Shown: positions 25,636-37,705 of the stretch, piece after piece
Layout: each line of letters begins with the position of its first letter
How positions within the stretch are numbered: position 1 is the first letter of the stretch
Origin: Squalus acanthias
Lineage: Eukaryota
DNA: 64,000 nucleotides
Assembly (NCBI GenBank): GCA_030390025.1
Contig: CM059430.1
Span: forward strand, 73,470,001 to 73,534,000
Reading direction: 5' to 3'
Position numbers and translations under genes: made by a program
Notes under the pieces: model-generated
What the model saw: the letters and a program-made list of their open reading frames with translations, nothing else
What the model was told of the DNA's origin: nothing
Databases searched by the model: none

Positions 25636-28336
25636 CATAGAGTTAGGAGTTGTAAGTTTCCGGTCGGGTGACAGGAGGAACTGGTCGAACGCACGTGATC
25701 GTTGCTTAGACTGAGTATAGTGTTTTATTCTCTCTGAAAGAAGGGAGTGGTAAAGAGCTTGTTGAAAGTTAAAAGCAGAAAGACAATGGCGTTGGCATAT
25801 CACCGGGAACAGTTGATAGATAGCCTGAAGGAGTTAAAGCATAACGTGCAGGAGAGAGGGAGAGGTAAAGAAGGAAAAATATATAATTTGCAGGAGAACC
25901 AATCTGAAAACTCAGCAAAGGAAGGGAAAAAATAGGGATTTGGAAAGCCAGGAAAAGCTGCTGAGGCACCGATTTAAAAAGAGAAACAAAAGAGAAATTT
26001 AAAGCTTTACCGACATGGAAGTTATTAACGTCTGTGCCGAGACAAATAAAACACAAGATTTGCTGATTGAAAGGAACCTTAAAAAATGCTGGAATTTCAG
26101 TTTGTATGAAAATGTGTGTTAAAGTGTAACTGTTTTCCTGACGATGAATATTTAAGAAGTTACAGTATTTCTTTTTTCTGAAAATTCTGTCTTTAAAAGA
26201 AAGATTCTGTTATGTGTGGTTTAGCTCCACCCACTTCTCTGTGTTAAAAGCGTTTAAAAACGTTTGTCTTGTCTTGGATTTTGGAAGTTTTAAGAATGTG
26301 CGAATAAGATTGTGCCACAATAATTGGGAAGAAAAATCTTTGAACTACTATTTAAGTGAAGCTGTTGTGTAAAAACTGAGAAGAGCAACAACAAGTTTGT
26401 TTAACAAAAGATTAAGTTTCAGTCTAACATTTAACCTTGGATTCGCGGTTGCTATGGTGAAATTTACCAAAGCAGTTTGATTTGATTTGCTCAAATGTGA
26501 AAAACTAATTTTTCTCCAGTTATATTCAATGTTTTTACAGTATTTTGGAAAGACATCTGAAGAAAGGACAATAAGTAATATGACGTAATTTACTGGTTCT
26601 GCAAGCATGTGCTGTTTTGCTCTGTTTTATCTGTTCTGTTCGTGTTTAGTTACAGTGTGAAAACACAACTGTCTTTTTCGGTCGGGAAAGTTTTTTTAAA
26701 TTTACTTCAAGTGACGCAATTTCGTGCGTCTGACAATATTTCGCTCCACCTTCTTATAAACCTGCAAAGGAGTTAACCCTTTCCACTGACAGCTGTTTAA
26801 GTTCACCGAGCAACATCTTTAGACTGAAATTTAAAGATATTGGACAATATTAAATTTAAGTTTCTTAATTTTAAATTAATATTTCCCCACAGTAACAGAA
26901 GGAAACGCATGATTTAATAAATTAACCCCTTGGGCTCTAAGTAGAGTCACAACGGAGTCTCTTCTTTGTTTTGTTATATGGAAGTTACCTTCTAAACTAA
27001 TTGCAGCACTTCTGCCTCTATGTTAAAGCACTGGGTAAGCCACCTAGCCTGGGAATCACTTGTTTCTGAAATTGGAAATGGAGGATAAATTGAAGAAATG
27101 AAACTGAACATTGACAAAACCTGTCAGTTCAATAATACTGCTGTTTGGATTTTGGGATAATTTTGTAAAAACAAAATGGTCTCAGGCACTATATATTGGG
27201 TTAATTTTGGGAAAATAAAATATCCTCTAAAATAATGATAAATAACAAGTGTTAATAACTTGGACCAAGTGAGAATGTTTAATCTATGTTTTCAATCTTA
27301 AATATTGTACTGGACAGTAAAGTTACTCCAGGGCTCATGAATGAGATTTGAATAGTAATTAGTAGGATGTGTAAAATGGAGAGAGGAAGTGATTGAGGGT
27401 GTGAGATAGAAACAGGAGAATTACAGCACCAATTGAGAATTTTCCAACTTTCTGGTGAAAGTCAGGAAAGTGTAGTTAAGAATACTAAATTGATAGCTTT
27501 CTCTTGGAGACATTTGTGTCCCTGCCTATAATGAACTTTTTAACAAAACTGAATTTGATAGCCTAGCTTATACCCAAGACATCAGAACCATGTGGTGGAA
27601 GATAAACAAAGACCTCCAGACAATCTTTTGATAAGATCACCTGAAAGCCGGTGAAAGACTTGCATCGGATGGCACATGTGGCACGATATTGAGATACCGG
27701 TATGAGTGTGCAAATGTGATTCGTTACGTATGAGGCAATTACCATCCGGGAATGCATGGTGAATCTGCACTGAAGAACGGGTCTCAGTCTGCTCAGTTAC
27801 TTGACAACAGCAAAACATGAATTGTTTAATGTGGTCAGGAGAGCGATACAACCTTTAAAGCATTGACACATACTCCATCGAGAAACTATCTAATTAATGA
27901 AAAAATCAGAATAGAATTAAAGACACTGGTACCTGTTAGAGAGATTAAAATATGTTGAAGTGGAGATTTACAAGGAATCTGGATTGGGACAATTGAGGGC
28001 TAAGGAGAAATTAGGTTTAGTAAGAATTATCCACAAGATGGATATGAGTAACAGAGAGATCTGGAGAATCATTTAAGCCCATGATTTGTTGATTAGATGT
28101 TAAACTGTAATGTCGCTTGAAATGATTGTAAGACTGAATTTAACTGTGTCTTTAAGAATTGTGTTTTGCAGGTAACAGAGCGTGGGAAAAACCAGTGCGA
28201 ATCCAGTATGAGGTGGTTTTGGTGGTGTCTCCTGTGTCAGTACTACCGCAACTACCATGCTTTATGGGTCTAGCAGGACCTGTCCCATCAACCAACACGT
28301 TTTACTCAATATCAAAACCGAGACATTCCCCTGTTG

Positions 28337-28582
28337 TCTGAGGGTTTCAGTGAGCTTGTGATGCGACTGGACTCCTCCCGAAAGCATTTTTACGTTTTGG
28401 AGCAATACAACTCGAGAATGGATATTGAAATTAACAGCATAGAGGACAACTCACACTGATGGGATATTGGGCTTAATACATCAGCGCACCCTTACATTCG
28501 TATTATTTCACACGCTCTGGTAGTTATCCAACTTGTAATGATAGTGTATATGATATATGTCACCTGTGTAGTAAGACTTTGA
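28337..28582 (+). pseudogene. Env/fusion-protein-like C-terminal remnant (heptad, Trp-rich segment, TM)
   Basis: SEGFSELVMRLDSSRKHFYVLEQYNSRMDIEINSIEDNSH*WDIGLNTSAHPYIRIISHALVVIQLVMIVYMIYVTCVVRL*; upstream acceptor TTGTGTTTTGCAG at ~28171; positioned just before the PPT. Confidence 0.6.
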
Positions 28583-28949
28583 TACATAAGCCAATTGTAT
28601 ACTCGTGCCTGTGACTAACCAGCAGCAACAAATTAATTGAGCACACCGAAAGAGAAGATCCAAAGCAATGCAGAGGAGACCCCAGGCGGGGTATCATCAG
28701 GAAAGATAGAAGAAACAGAGGATACCCCAGGCGGGGAAGATTTGGAACACCGGAACAGTGAATTGAATTTGCGTAAGGGGCAACAGTTTGCTACTTCTCC
28801 TCAAAGGAATGAACTGTAAGGAAGGGAGAAATCTTCAAGACGCCCTACTAACTAACGCCCAAGTTGAGAGAGCAATAAAAACGAGTTAGATTAGTCAAGA
28901 GCCGATTGTGAGAAGTCAATCAGGATATTTCCGTCTCAAAGAAGGGAAG

Positions 28950-29727
28950 TGTAAGAAATAGCTGTTAGATTCAAAGATGGGTTTTAATTCTTAGAACAGA
29001 GACTGACAACATGCAGCCGGGAACAGATCGCAGAAATGCCAGCAAGGTCGAATATCAAGCATCAAAAGACTAATAGAAGTGATAAGGGAATCGTAAAATG
29101 CAAAACAACACAGGGTGGGGGATAATAGACAGAAATTGAGCCGAAATATCATAAAATGTCCTTAAAGAAACATAACAAAACATTCCTCAGAAAGATAAGA
29201 GGAAGGCCTTGTCAAACAGGCAGAAAGGGACGGCGAGGGATGCCTTCCCGCTTCACAATTGGACAATAGGATGGGGGATCAAATGATTGACACCAGGTGA
29301 TTACCAGCACACCTAAATAATTATAAATTTAGACAACTGAGAGAGGAAATCAGGTAGTTAGGGGCGAAGGCTTCACCGAGGTGGCTAATGCCTAACACCT
29401 TGGTCAAGTTTAGCCTCTGAGGAGGCTGACGGCCTAACACCTCCAACAGCTTGAGAGATGACCCAACGGAAGTGACCGCTGCAGCAGACTGCAGGAATCC
29501 ACCCAATCCGAGTCCACCGTGCTGCCTCCCCGTCCGTCCGGTCATGGCATTCCGATTCAGGAGTCGTAGATCGCTCCTACTGTCACGGATTGTATGTCGA
29601 TTATACTCGGCTTAAACAATCTGTAATACCTAATTATGCTTTAAAACTGTAGCTCTTTAATAAAAGCCTTACAACTTCTAAAACCCTTTTGGGTAATCTG
29701 TGTGTAGCCTGTGATCCGAAACTTACA
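28950..29727 (+). repeat. 3' LTR
   Basis: TGTAAG...TTACA, preceded by the PPT. Confidence 0.95.
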
Positions 29728-32700
29728 GGAGTGCGGAGTTCATTTACTCACTTCAGAATACTCAGCCTCTGACCTGCTCTTGTAACCACAGTATTTATGT
29801 TGTTTGTCCATTTAAGTTTGTGTTCCATGAAGCTCCCAATTTATTGGTAGTGGGGGATTCGTCCGTGGTAATGCCATTGAAAGTCAAGTGGAGGCGTTTA
29901 CACTTTTTCTTGTTGGAGATGCTCATTATCTGGCACTTGTGTGTCGCGAATGTTACTTGCCACTTATCAGCCCAAGCCTGAATGTTGTCCAGGTATGCGG
30001 ACACGGACTGCTTCATTATCTGAGATGTTGCAAATGGAATTCCACACTGTGCAATCGTCAGAAAACATGCCCACTCCTGACCTCATGTTTGCGGGAAGGT
30101 TATTGATGAAGCAGCTGTATATGGGTGGGCCTTGGACACTATCATGAGCAACAGCAGCAGCGATGTCCTGAGGATGAGATGTTTTGCCCCAAACAATAAC
30201 AACGATCTACCTCTTAAGTAAGCTATTATTCCAAACAGAAGAGAGCTTTTCCGTGATCCCATTGATTTTTATTTTACTAGGTCTCTTTGATGCCTCACTC
30301 GGGCAAATGGTGTCTTGATGTCAAGGGTTGTCACTCTCAACTCTTTTGCCCATGTTTGGTCCAAGGCTGTAATGAGGTCTGGAGCTGAGTGGACCTGGCG
30401 AATCACAAACTGAGCTGTGGTAAGCAGGTTATTGATGAGTAAGTGCCGCTTGATAGTACTTTCTATGACAACTCCCATCAATTTACTAATGATTGAGAGT
30501 AGGCTGTTAGGGCAGTCATTGTTGGAGTGGATATGCACTGTTTTTTGTGGAAAGGACATACCTAGTAATTTTACACGTTATTGTTTAGATACCTGTGTTG
30601 CTACTGTACGCAACAGCTTGGCTGGAGACATGGCTATTTATGGAGCACAAGTCTTCAGCACTACAGCCGAGATGTTGTCAGCGACCGCTGATGTGGCTTC
30701 CACCAATAGCTTTCAGCTCCTTACTTGTCTCTGCAACGGCCAAGCCTGCGAGGCTTAATCATTTGTTTTATTCGCTCCTGGAATGTAGGCATCGCTGCCA
30801 ACGCCACCATTTATTGCCCATTCCTAATTGCCCTTGAGAAGGTGATGCTTTGACACTACCTGAATCTGCTGCAGTCCGTGTGGTGAAGGTACTCCCAGAA
30901 TGCTTTTAGTGCGTGATTTCGTGGATTTTGATCCAACAACGAAGAAGAAATGGCATTATATTTCCAAGTCATGATGGTGTGTGAGTTGAAGGGGAAATTG
31001 CAGGTGATGGTGTTCCCATGCGGCTGCTGCCCTTATCCTTCCAGGGGCTTGAGGTGGAGGTTTTGGGAGCTGCTGCCGAAGAAGCCATGTCGAGTTGCTG
31101 CAGTGCATCTTGTAGATGGTACGCACTGGAGCCACGGTGCGCCAGTGCTACAGGGAGTGAATGTTTAAGGTTGGTGACTGGAGTGCCAATGAAGCGGGAT
31201 GCTTTAACCTGGATGGTGTCGAGCTTCTTGAGTATTGTTGGAGCTGCACTCCTCCAGACAAGTGGAGAGTATGCATCACACTCCTGACTTATGCCTTTTA
31301 GATGGTGGAAAGGCTCTGGGTAGTCACGAGTTGAGACATTCGCCGCAGAATACCCAGCCTCTGACCTGCTCTTGAAGCCACTGTATTTAAGTGGCTGTTA
31401 CAGTCAATTATCTTGTCAATGATGACCCCCAGGATGTTGATGATGGGGGTTTCTGTCATGGTAAGTCCGTTGAATGTTAAAGGGTGGTGGTTAGAATTTC
31501 GCTTCTTGGAGATAGTCATTGCCTGGTACTTTTGTGGCGCGAATGTTACTTGCACATAATAAACTAATCCTAAATGTCTTCCAGTTCTTGATGCATTTGA
31601 GCATGGACTGCTTCATTATCTGAGGAGTTCCGAATGGAACTGAACATTGTGCAATCATCAACCCACATCCCCACTTCTGACGTTATGATGGAGGGAATGT
31701 CATTGATGAAGCAGCTGAAGATATTTCGGAATTCGACATTGCCCAGAGGAACTCCTGCAGCGATGACCTGGGCTGAGATGATTGATCTCCAACAACTAGT
31801 ATGTAACTGAACCGACCAGGGGGCAAGCAACCTTAGATCTGGTCCTGTGTAACGAGACAGGATTCATTAAAAATGTCCTAGTAAATGATCCCCTTGGAAG
31901 GAGTGGCCGTAACATGGTTGAATTCCATACTCAATTAGAGGTTGAGACGGTTGGATCTCAAACAAGCATGCTGAGCTTGAATAAAGGAGACTATGAAGGT
32001 ATGCAAGCGGAATTGAGTAGAGTGGATTGGGGAAAAAGATTAAAGTGTAAGACGATACATGATCAGTGCTGTATATTTAAGGAGTTATTTTACAACTTCC
32101 AAAAAATATATATTCCACTGATAACAAATAGCGTGTAAAAGAAAAGAGAGTCATCTGTGGCTAAGTAAAGAAATTAAGGATAGTATTCGACAAAAAACAA
32201 GGGCTATTAAGGTATCCAAATCTAGCGGGAGGATAGATGATTGGGAAAACTTTTTAAGATAGCAAAAAATAACAAAAAGATTGATCAAGAAAGGGAAGAT
32301 AGATTATGAAAGTAAATTAGCAAATCATATAAATGCAGATAGTAAGAGTTTTTATAGTTATATAAAAAGCAAAGGGGTGGCTAAAGTAAATGTTGGTCCC
32401 TTAGAGGATGAGACCGGGAAAATAATGTTGGGAAATATGGAGATGGCAAATACACTGAATGAATATTTTGTATCAGTCTTTACAGTAGAGGACACTAAGA
32501 CTATCCCAACACTGGATAAACAGGGGGCTATAGGGGGGGAGGAGCTAAACACGATCAAAATCACTAAGGAAGTGGTACTCGGTAAATGAATGGGACTCAA
32601 GGCGGGTAAATAACCTGATGGCTTACATCCTAGTGTCTTGAGGGAAGTGGCGGGAGGGATTGTGGATGCATTAGTAATAATTTTCCAAAACTCCCTGGAC

Positions 32701-34560
32701 TCAGCAAAGATCCCGGCAGACTGGAAAACTGCTAATGTAACACCCTTATACAAAAAGGGCAGCAGACAGAAGGCTGCAAACTATAGACCGGTTAGCCTAA
32801 CATCTGTGGTAGGTAAAATTTTGCAGTCCATTACTAAGGAGACAGTAACGGGACATTTGGATAATCATAATTTAATAGGACAAAGTCAGCATGGTTTTAT
32901 GAAGGGGAAGTCATGTTTGACAAATTTGCTGGAGTTCTTTGAGGAAGTATCATACAGAGTGGATAAAGGGGAACCAGTGGATGTGGTGTATTTAGACTTA
33001 CAAAAGGCATTTGACAAGGGGCCACGCAAAAGATTATTGTTTAAGATAAAAAATCTCCGGATTGGTGGTAATATTCTGGCATGGTTAGTGGATTGGATAT
33101 CTAACAGAAGGCAGAAAGATGGGATAAATGGTTCATTCTCAGACTGGCAATCAGTAACTAGTGGTGTTCCGCAGGGTTCAGTGCTGGGTCCCCAACTCTT
33201 TAAAATCTATATTAACGATTTGGAGGAGGGGACCGAGTGCAACATATCAAAGTTTGCAATGATACAAAGATGGGAGGGAAAGTACTGGGTGAGGAGGACA
33301 TAAAAAATCTGCAAGGCGACATAGACAGGCTAAGTAAGTGGGCAGAGATTTGGCAGATAGAATACAATACTGGAAAGTGTGAGGTTATGCACTTTGGCAG
33401 GAAAAATAGTAGAGCAAGTTATTATCTTAATGGCAAGAAACTGGAAAGTACTGAAGTACAAAGGGATCTGGGGGTCCTGATGCACGAAACGCAAAAGGTT
33501 AGTATGCAATTGCAGCAAGTGATTAAGAAGGCCAATGGAATGTAGGCTTTTATTGCTAGGGGGATAGAATATAAAAATAGGGAGGTATTGCTTCAGGTGT
33601 ACAAGTTATTGGTGAGACCGCACCTGGAATACTGCATCCAGTTTTGTTGTTCCTACTTAAGAAAATGCATACTTTCTCTCGAGTCAGTACAAAGAAGGTT
33701 TACTCGCTTAATCCCGGGGATGAGGGGATGGACAAATGAGGAGAGGTTGGGTAGATTGGGACTCTACTCATTGGAGTTCAGAAGAATGAGAGGCGATCTT
33801 ATTGAAACATATAAGATTGTGAAGGGGTTGGATCGGGTGGATGCGGGGAGGATGTTCCCGATGATGGGTGAAACTAGAACTAGGGGGCATAGACTTAGAA
33901 TAAGGGGCTTCTCTTTCAAAACTGAGAGGAGAAGGAACTACTTCACTCAGAGGGTGGTAGGTACATGGAATATGCTGCCCCAAAAAGCTGTAGAAGCTAC
34001 ATCATTACATAAATTTAAAACAGAAATAGACAGTTTCCTAGAAGTAAAGGGAATTAAGGGTTACGGGGAGCGGTCAGGAATTTGGACATGAGTCTAGGTT
34101 CGGATTGGTCATGGCCCTGTGGGTAGCGCTGCGGGCCCAGGGGCCGTGTAGCCTGATCCTGCTCCTATTTCGTGTGTCCAATTCTGTTAGGTTCAGGAGA
34201 TGGTCCTGTGATCGTAGATTGGCGGTTAGGATCAGATCAGCCATGATCTTATTGCATGGTGGAGCAGGCTCGAGGGGCCAATTGGCCTTCTTTTGCTCAT
34301 ATTTCTTATGTTCTTATGTTCTTATAACTATAACCATCTTCCTTTGTGCTAGGTATGACTTCAGCCAGTGGAGAGTTTTTCCCCTGATCCCCATTGACTT
34401 CAGTTTTACTTGGGCTCCTTGATGCCACACTCGGTCAAATGCTGCCTTGATGTCAAGGTCAGTCACTCTCACCTCACCTCTGGAACTCAGCTCTTTTGTC
34501 CATGTTTTAATCAAGACTGCAATGAGGTCTTGAGCCGATTTGACCTGGCGGAACCATAAG
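29728..34560 (-). mobile_element. CR1-group family B fragments (two copies); the second is split by a family A LINE at ~31798-34325
   Basis: IQAWADKWQVTF, SCFINDIPS, DIKAAFDRVWH; sequence is colinear across the insertion with an AACTA-like duplication. Confidence 0.85.
31798..34325 (+). mobile_element. CR1 LINE (family A), 5'-truncated, nested
   Basis: 221-aa RT ORF fragment ([32 protein letters not shown]); (TTCTTATG)n tail. Confidence 0.93.
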
Positions 34561-35139
34561 TCATTAAAGTTGGGACAAATTGGTAAGCTAAGTGACATAT
34601 GGATAAGTAGCTGGATCTATAAGTGGTCGGTCCTGCTCGTTCATCAGCATCAGGGATAGGAAAACACAGTCGATGCCGTCACTGAAGATCTGGAAGGCTT
34701 TCTCAAGGATCGAAATCTACTAAAATTAAAATTATGTCAGCTATCATTCTGTGTTTACCCTTCGTGCTACTGGACCTGCACTGTCAGAAACCGTAATTCA
34801 GGAAAAGATCTGATGGAAAACACAATCTAAAGGTCAGAAGCAGAAGGTTGCATATTTACGGAAACAGAATGCACAGAAAAGCAAAGATAGTAGAAAACCA
34901 GTGGCCGAAGTGGTCTGCTCGGAAGCTGTACTTAAGGTCTCTGTAGACCGGACCGCCTTCAAAATGAAAATTTGGTGATAAAGTATCAGGGAACAGCGTT
35001 ACAGGAAGATAATGAAGAATTGAAATGAACATATGATCAAGACTGTCCGCTTTCTTAAGGTATTTGATCCCATCACCAATCCCGAGACAAAGTCTTCAGG
35101 AGGTCACCACCATACGAAGAACGAAAGTGGTACTATTAG

Positions 35140-35485
35140 GATTTACTAACATACATTGCCGTCCGGTCTCCGACCATCACAAATTCAAAGTTATCACGCT
35201 TGTGTTCAAATTTCTTCCTGTCTCTGTAACCGTCTCCATCTCTGGAACCCTCCGAGATCGCTGTTAGACCAACACTGGAATAACCTGCCATAACCACTCC
35301 GCCTGTCCACCTCACTCTACTCCTTTGGAACCCATCTTTAGAGTAAACATGTTTGACCAAGATTTCCGTCACTTCTCCACATCTCTCCTTTGCTTCAGTG
35401 TCGATTTTTATCCGATACGTTTCTGTGAAGCGTTATGGATAATTTTCCTACGTTAAAGGCGTTATATGATTGCAAGTTGTAGTTG
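35140..35485 (+). mobile_element. L2-type LINE 3' fragment (old)
   Basis: FKVITLVFKF motif and typical L2 tail ...GTGAAGCG...TACGTTAAAGGCGTTATAT...GCAAGTTGT. Confidence 0.6.
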
Positions 35486-35799
35486 TGCAGTTAGCTTTGC
35501 ACTTGAATTGCCGGATATTGGACTTTTCTTGAAAATATGTGTGGGAAAGTATGAGCAGAGGATTGGAAGCTGCCTCTGTTGCAGCTTCAGAAGCTTGATT
35601 CATAAGCGATGTTTGATTCCCATTGCAAAAAATGTTTTCTCTATTTCGCGAAGGTATCACAAATTCTAGTGTCAGAAGCCGTGTTTTAAATTCTCCAAAA
35701 GTAATTTGTAAACGAAAAAGGCAGAAAAAACAAAACAAACTAGTTCAGAATGTTGCTAGAAATGTTTTTACAGGAACAGAGGAAAACAGAAACATTAGT

Positions 35800-36140
35800 A
35801 GGCCAATCAAACAGTTTCATGAATTCAATTAAATCATGGCTGATCTTTATGACAACACATTTATGCGCTTTGGATGCACATCCTTGAATATCGTTACCTA
35901 ACAAAAAAATCGATCAATCTCAGTTTTGATATTTTCAGTTGACTTAACCTCAACAGCTTTTTGAGTGAGACAGTTCCTGATTTCCACTACCCTTTGTGTG
36001 AAGCAATGTTTGCTGACCTCACTCCTGAACCTCCAACGTGTAATTTTAAGGTTATTCCACCCTGTTCGACACACCACCGCCAGAGAAAACAGTTTCTCTC
36101 TATCTGGCATGTTGAATACATTCATAATCTTAAACTGGGC
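35800..36140 (-). mobile_element. CR1 3' fragment
   Basis: DREKLF...FTQRVVEIRNCL motif. Confidence 0.7.
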
Positions 36141-36464
36141 GCTCTTCAAAATTAGAATTTAGAGACAGTGCCGGATTCGAGAGAGGTGGTGGCGAGGTGC
36201 AGCTGGCTGTCGTCAGTGCGCATGTGGAATCTACCGTCGTGTTTTTGAATGATGTCGAAGAGGGGAAGCATGCAGATGAGAAAGAGTAAGTGTCAAGGTG
36301 ATCCTGGGGCTTCAACTGTATAGATAAGAATAGAAGCAGGCTAGTGCAGCCCCACCCAGCTGGAAGCGGAGGAGAGGCGTTGTCTGAGGATGGTGTGGCC
36401 AAAAGAGTCAAGGGCTGCAGAAAGCTCGAGTGGACGAGGATGGATAATTTAGGCGAAATGTCCT

Positions 36465-37705
36465 TGACAGTTAAAATTGTCGTTTTTTTCAGTGTCTACA
36501 AAATGAGGCAATAACCACGAAAATAAAGGAAGATTGTACTGAGCCTAAAAGCATAGATTAGGGTTCACAAGAAATTGTCTGTTCTGGATATGTACGGGCT
36601 GAACTTATGATTAGCTGGAATGGGGGAGTATTGGAGAAAACATGATTGGATGAAATTTCTCGCAGATCTGCTTTTTGCGGTATATGCTTGCGAATGTGCG
36701 CCTCTCTCGGGGTACAGGATTTATCTGAGGGACCAGGGTCGAAAGCCGAGGGTGTCTGGAACAAAGTGACATTGGGCCAGAAATTCGGGGCTCCACCGGT
36801 GAGTACGCGCTGTGTACTGAGCCGTAGATCCAACAAAAGTGCCGGTTTTGCGTCTGCACTGCGCATGCGCTGGAAACCAGAACTGCGGTTCCCTCGAAGG
36901 AAGGTGTTCCGAGGTCAAACGCGTGCGCCGGAGAGGCAGCGTGCAGGGATCGAACTTCCGCTTTTTTTTCAGGTTTCTCCATGAGGGTAAGTCCCTGGCA
37001 GCTGCGCGGGTAAAAAGCAGGTGCAAGGCCTGTTTTTAACAAGGTAAGTGGTGAATTAAGCAAAATTTATACATTTTTTGCGCAGGTTTATCTTTTTTAA
37101 ATACTTTAACGATAGGTAAGTTTATTTTTATCCCCGTAAAAACTGTAATTAACTTTTTCATAAATATAAATGTTTGTTTAAAATAGTAAATTTATGTAAT
37201 TTATAGTTATTTTAAAAATGTGATGTGTCCTTTTAAATTTATTTGAAGTTTTAGTTAGCTTTTGGGACCGATCTCTATTCATAGAGTTGACAGGACAAAT
37301 CTATGAATGGAGATTCCCTGCTCGGATTGGCTCTCCATGGCCCACGTGATCCAGGGTCGCTTCGAAATAACTGCGCCCCTGGGATACGCAAGCACTGCAC
37401 ACGGGCAGCTGGAGAAGGCCCAGGATCGGAATCCCACGCGGGCCCACAGCACAACGGCAGGCGCGGTAGGTAAGTGCAGGTCGGGGGCTTGCACCCGCGG
37501 GAAGCCCCCGACCCGAATTTCTGTCCCAATTGTCTCCCCAAGGGACGACCGTGTTATTAAATTCTCAAATGTGCTGTGTAAACTCGTTCTTAAGTACTGC
37601 AATATATTGATTCTTGCTTGTTCCTTATTAATAGTGCGAACCGTTATCAATATAGTGCCAGTTTCAAACAATTGAACAGGCAGTCCAAATGGACTACAGC
37701 TTGGC
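36465..37705 (+). other. Non-TE segment paralogous to 52475-52945, split by a MITE; possible decayed V exon
   Basis: Colinear matches such as GAGTATTGGAGAAAACATGATTGGATGAA, CTGAGGGACC, CCAAGGGAC and AACAATTGAACAG. Coding identity is uncertain. Confidence 0.5.
36774..37527. mobile_element. PIF/Harbinger-type MITE
   Basis: TIR GGGCCAGAAATTCGGG ... CCCGAATTTCTGTCCC; flanks ATT/AAT; the empty site is seen in the paralog near 52770. Confidence 0.88.

Larger units (their letters stand above)
24840..29727 (+). mobile_element. LTR retroelement / ERV-like, no recognisable pol, Env-like remnant
   Basis: Two ~778-nt TG...CA LTRs; PBS; PPT AAAGAAGGGAAG; 4-bp TSD GGAT/GGAG; ~3.3 kb AT-rich interior. Confidence 0.92.
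24066..29855. repeat. Inverted duplication of chimeric LINE fragments (24066-24370 vs 24450-24839 plus 29728-29855)
   Basis: Both arms share the same LINE-LINE junction and the same idiosyncratic variant (GGGAGCT[C/T]CATGGAACACA). The LTR element splits the right arm. Confidence 0.8.
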
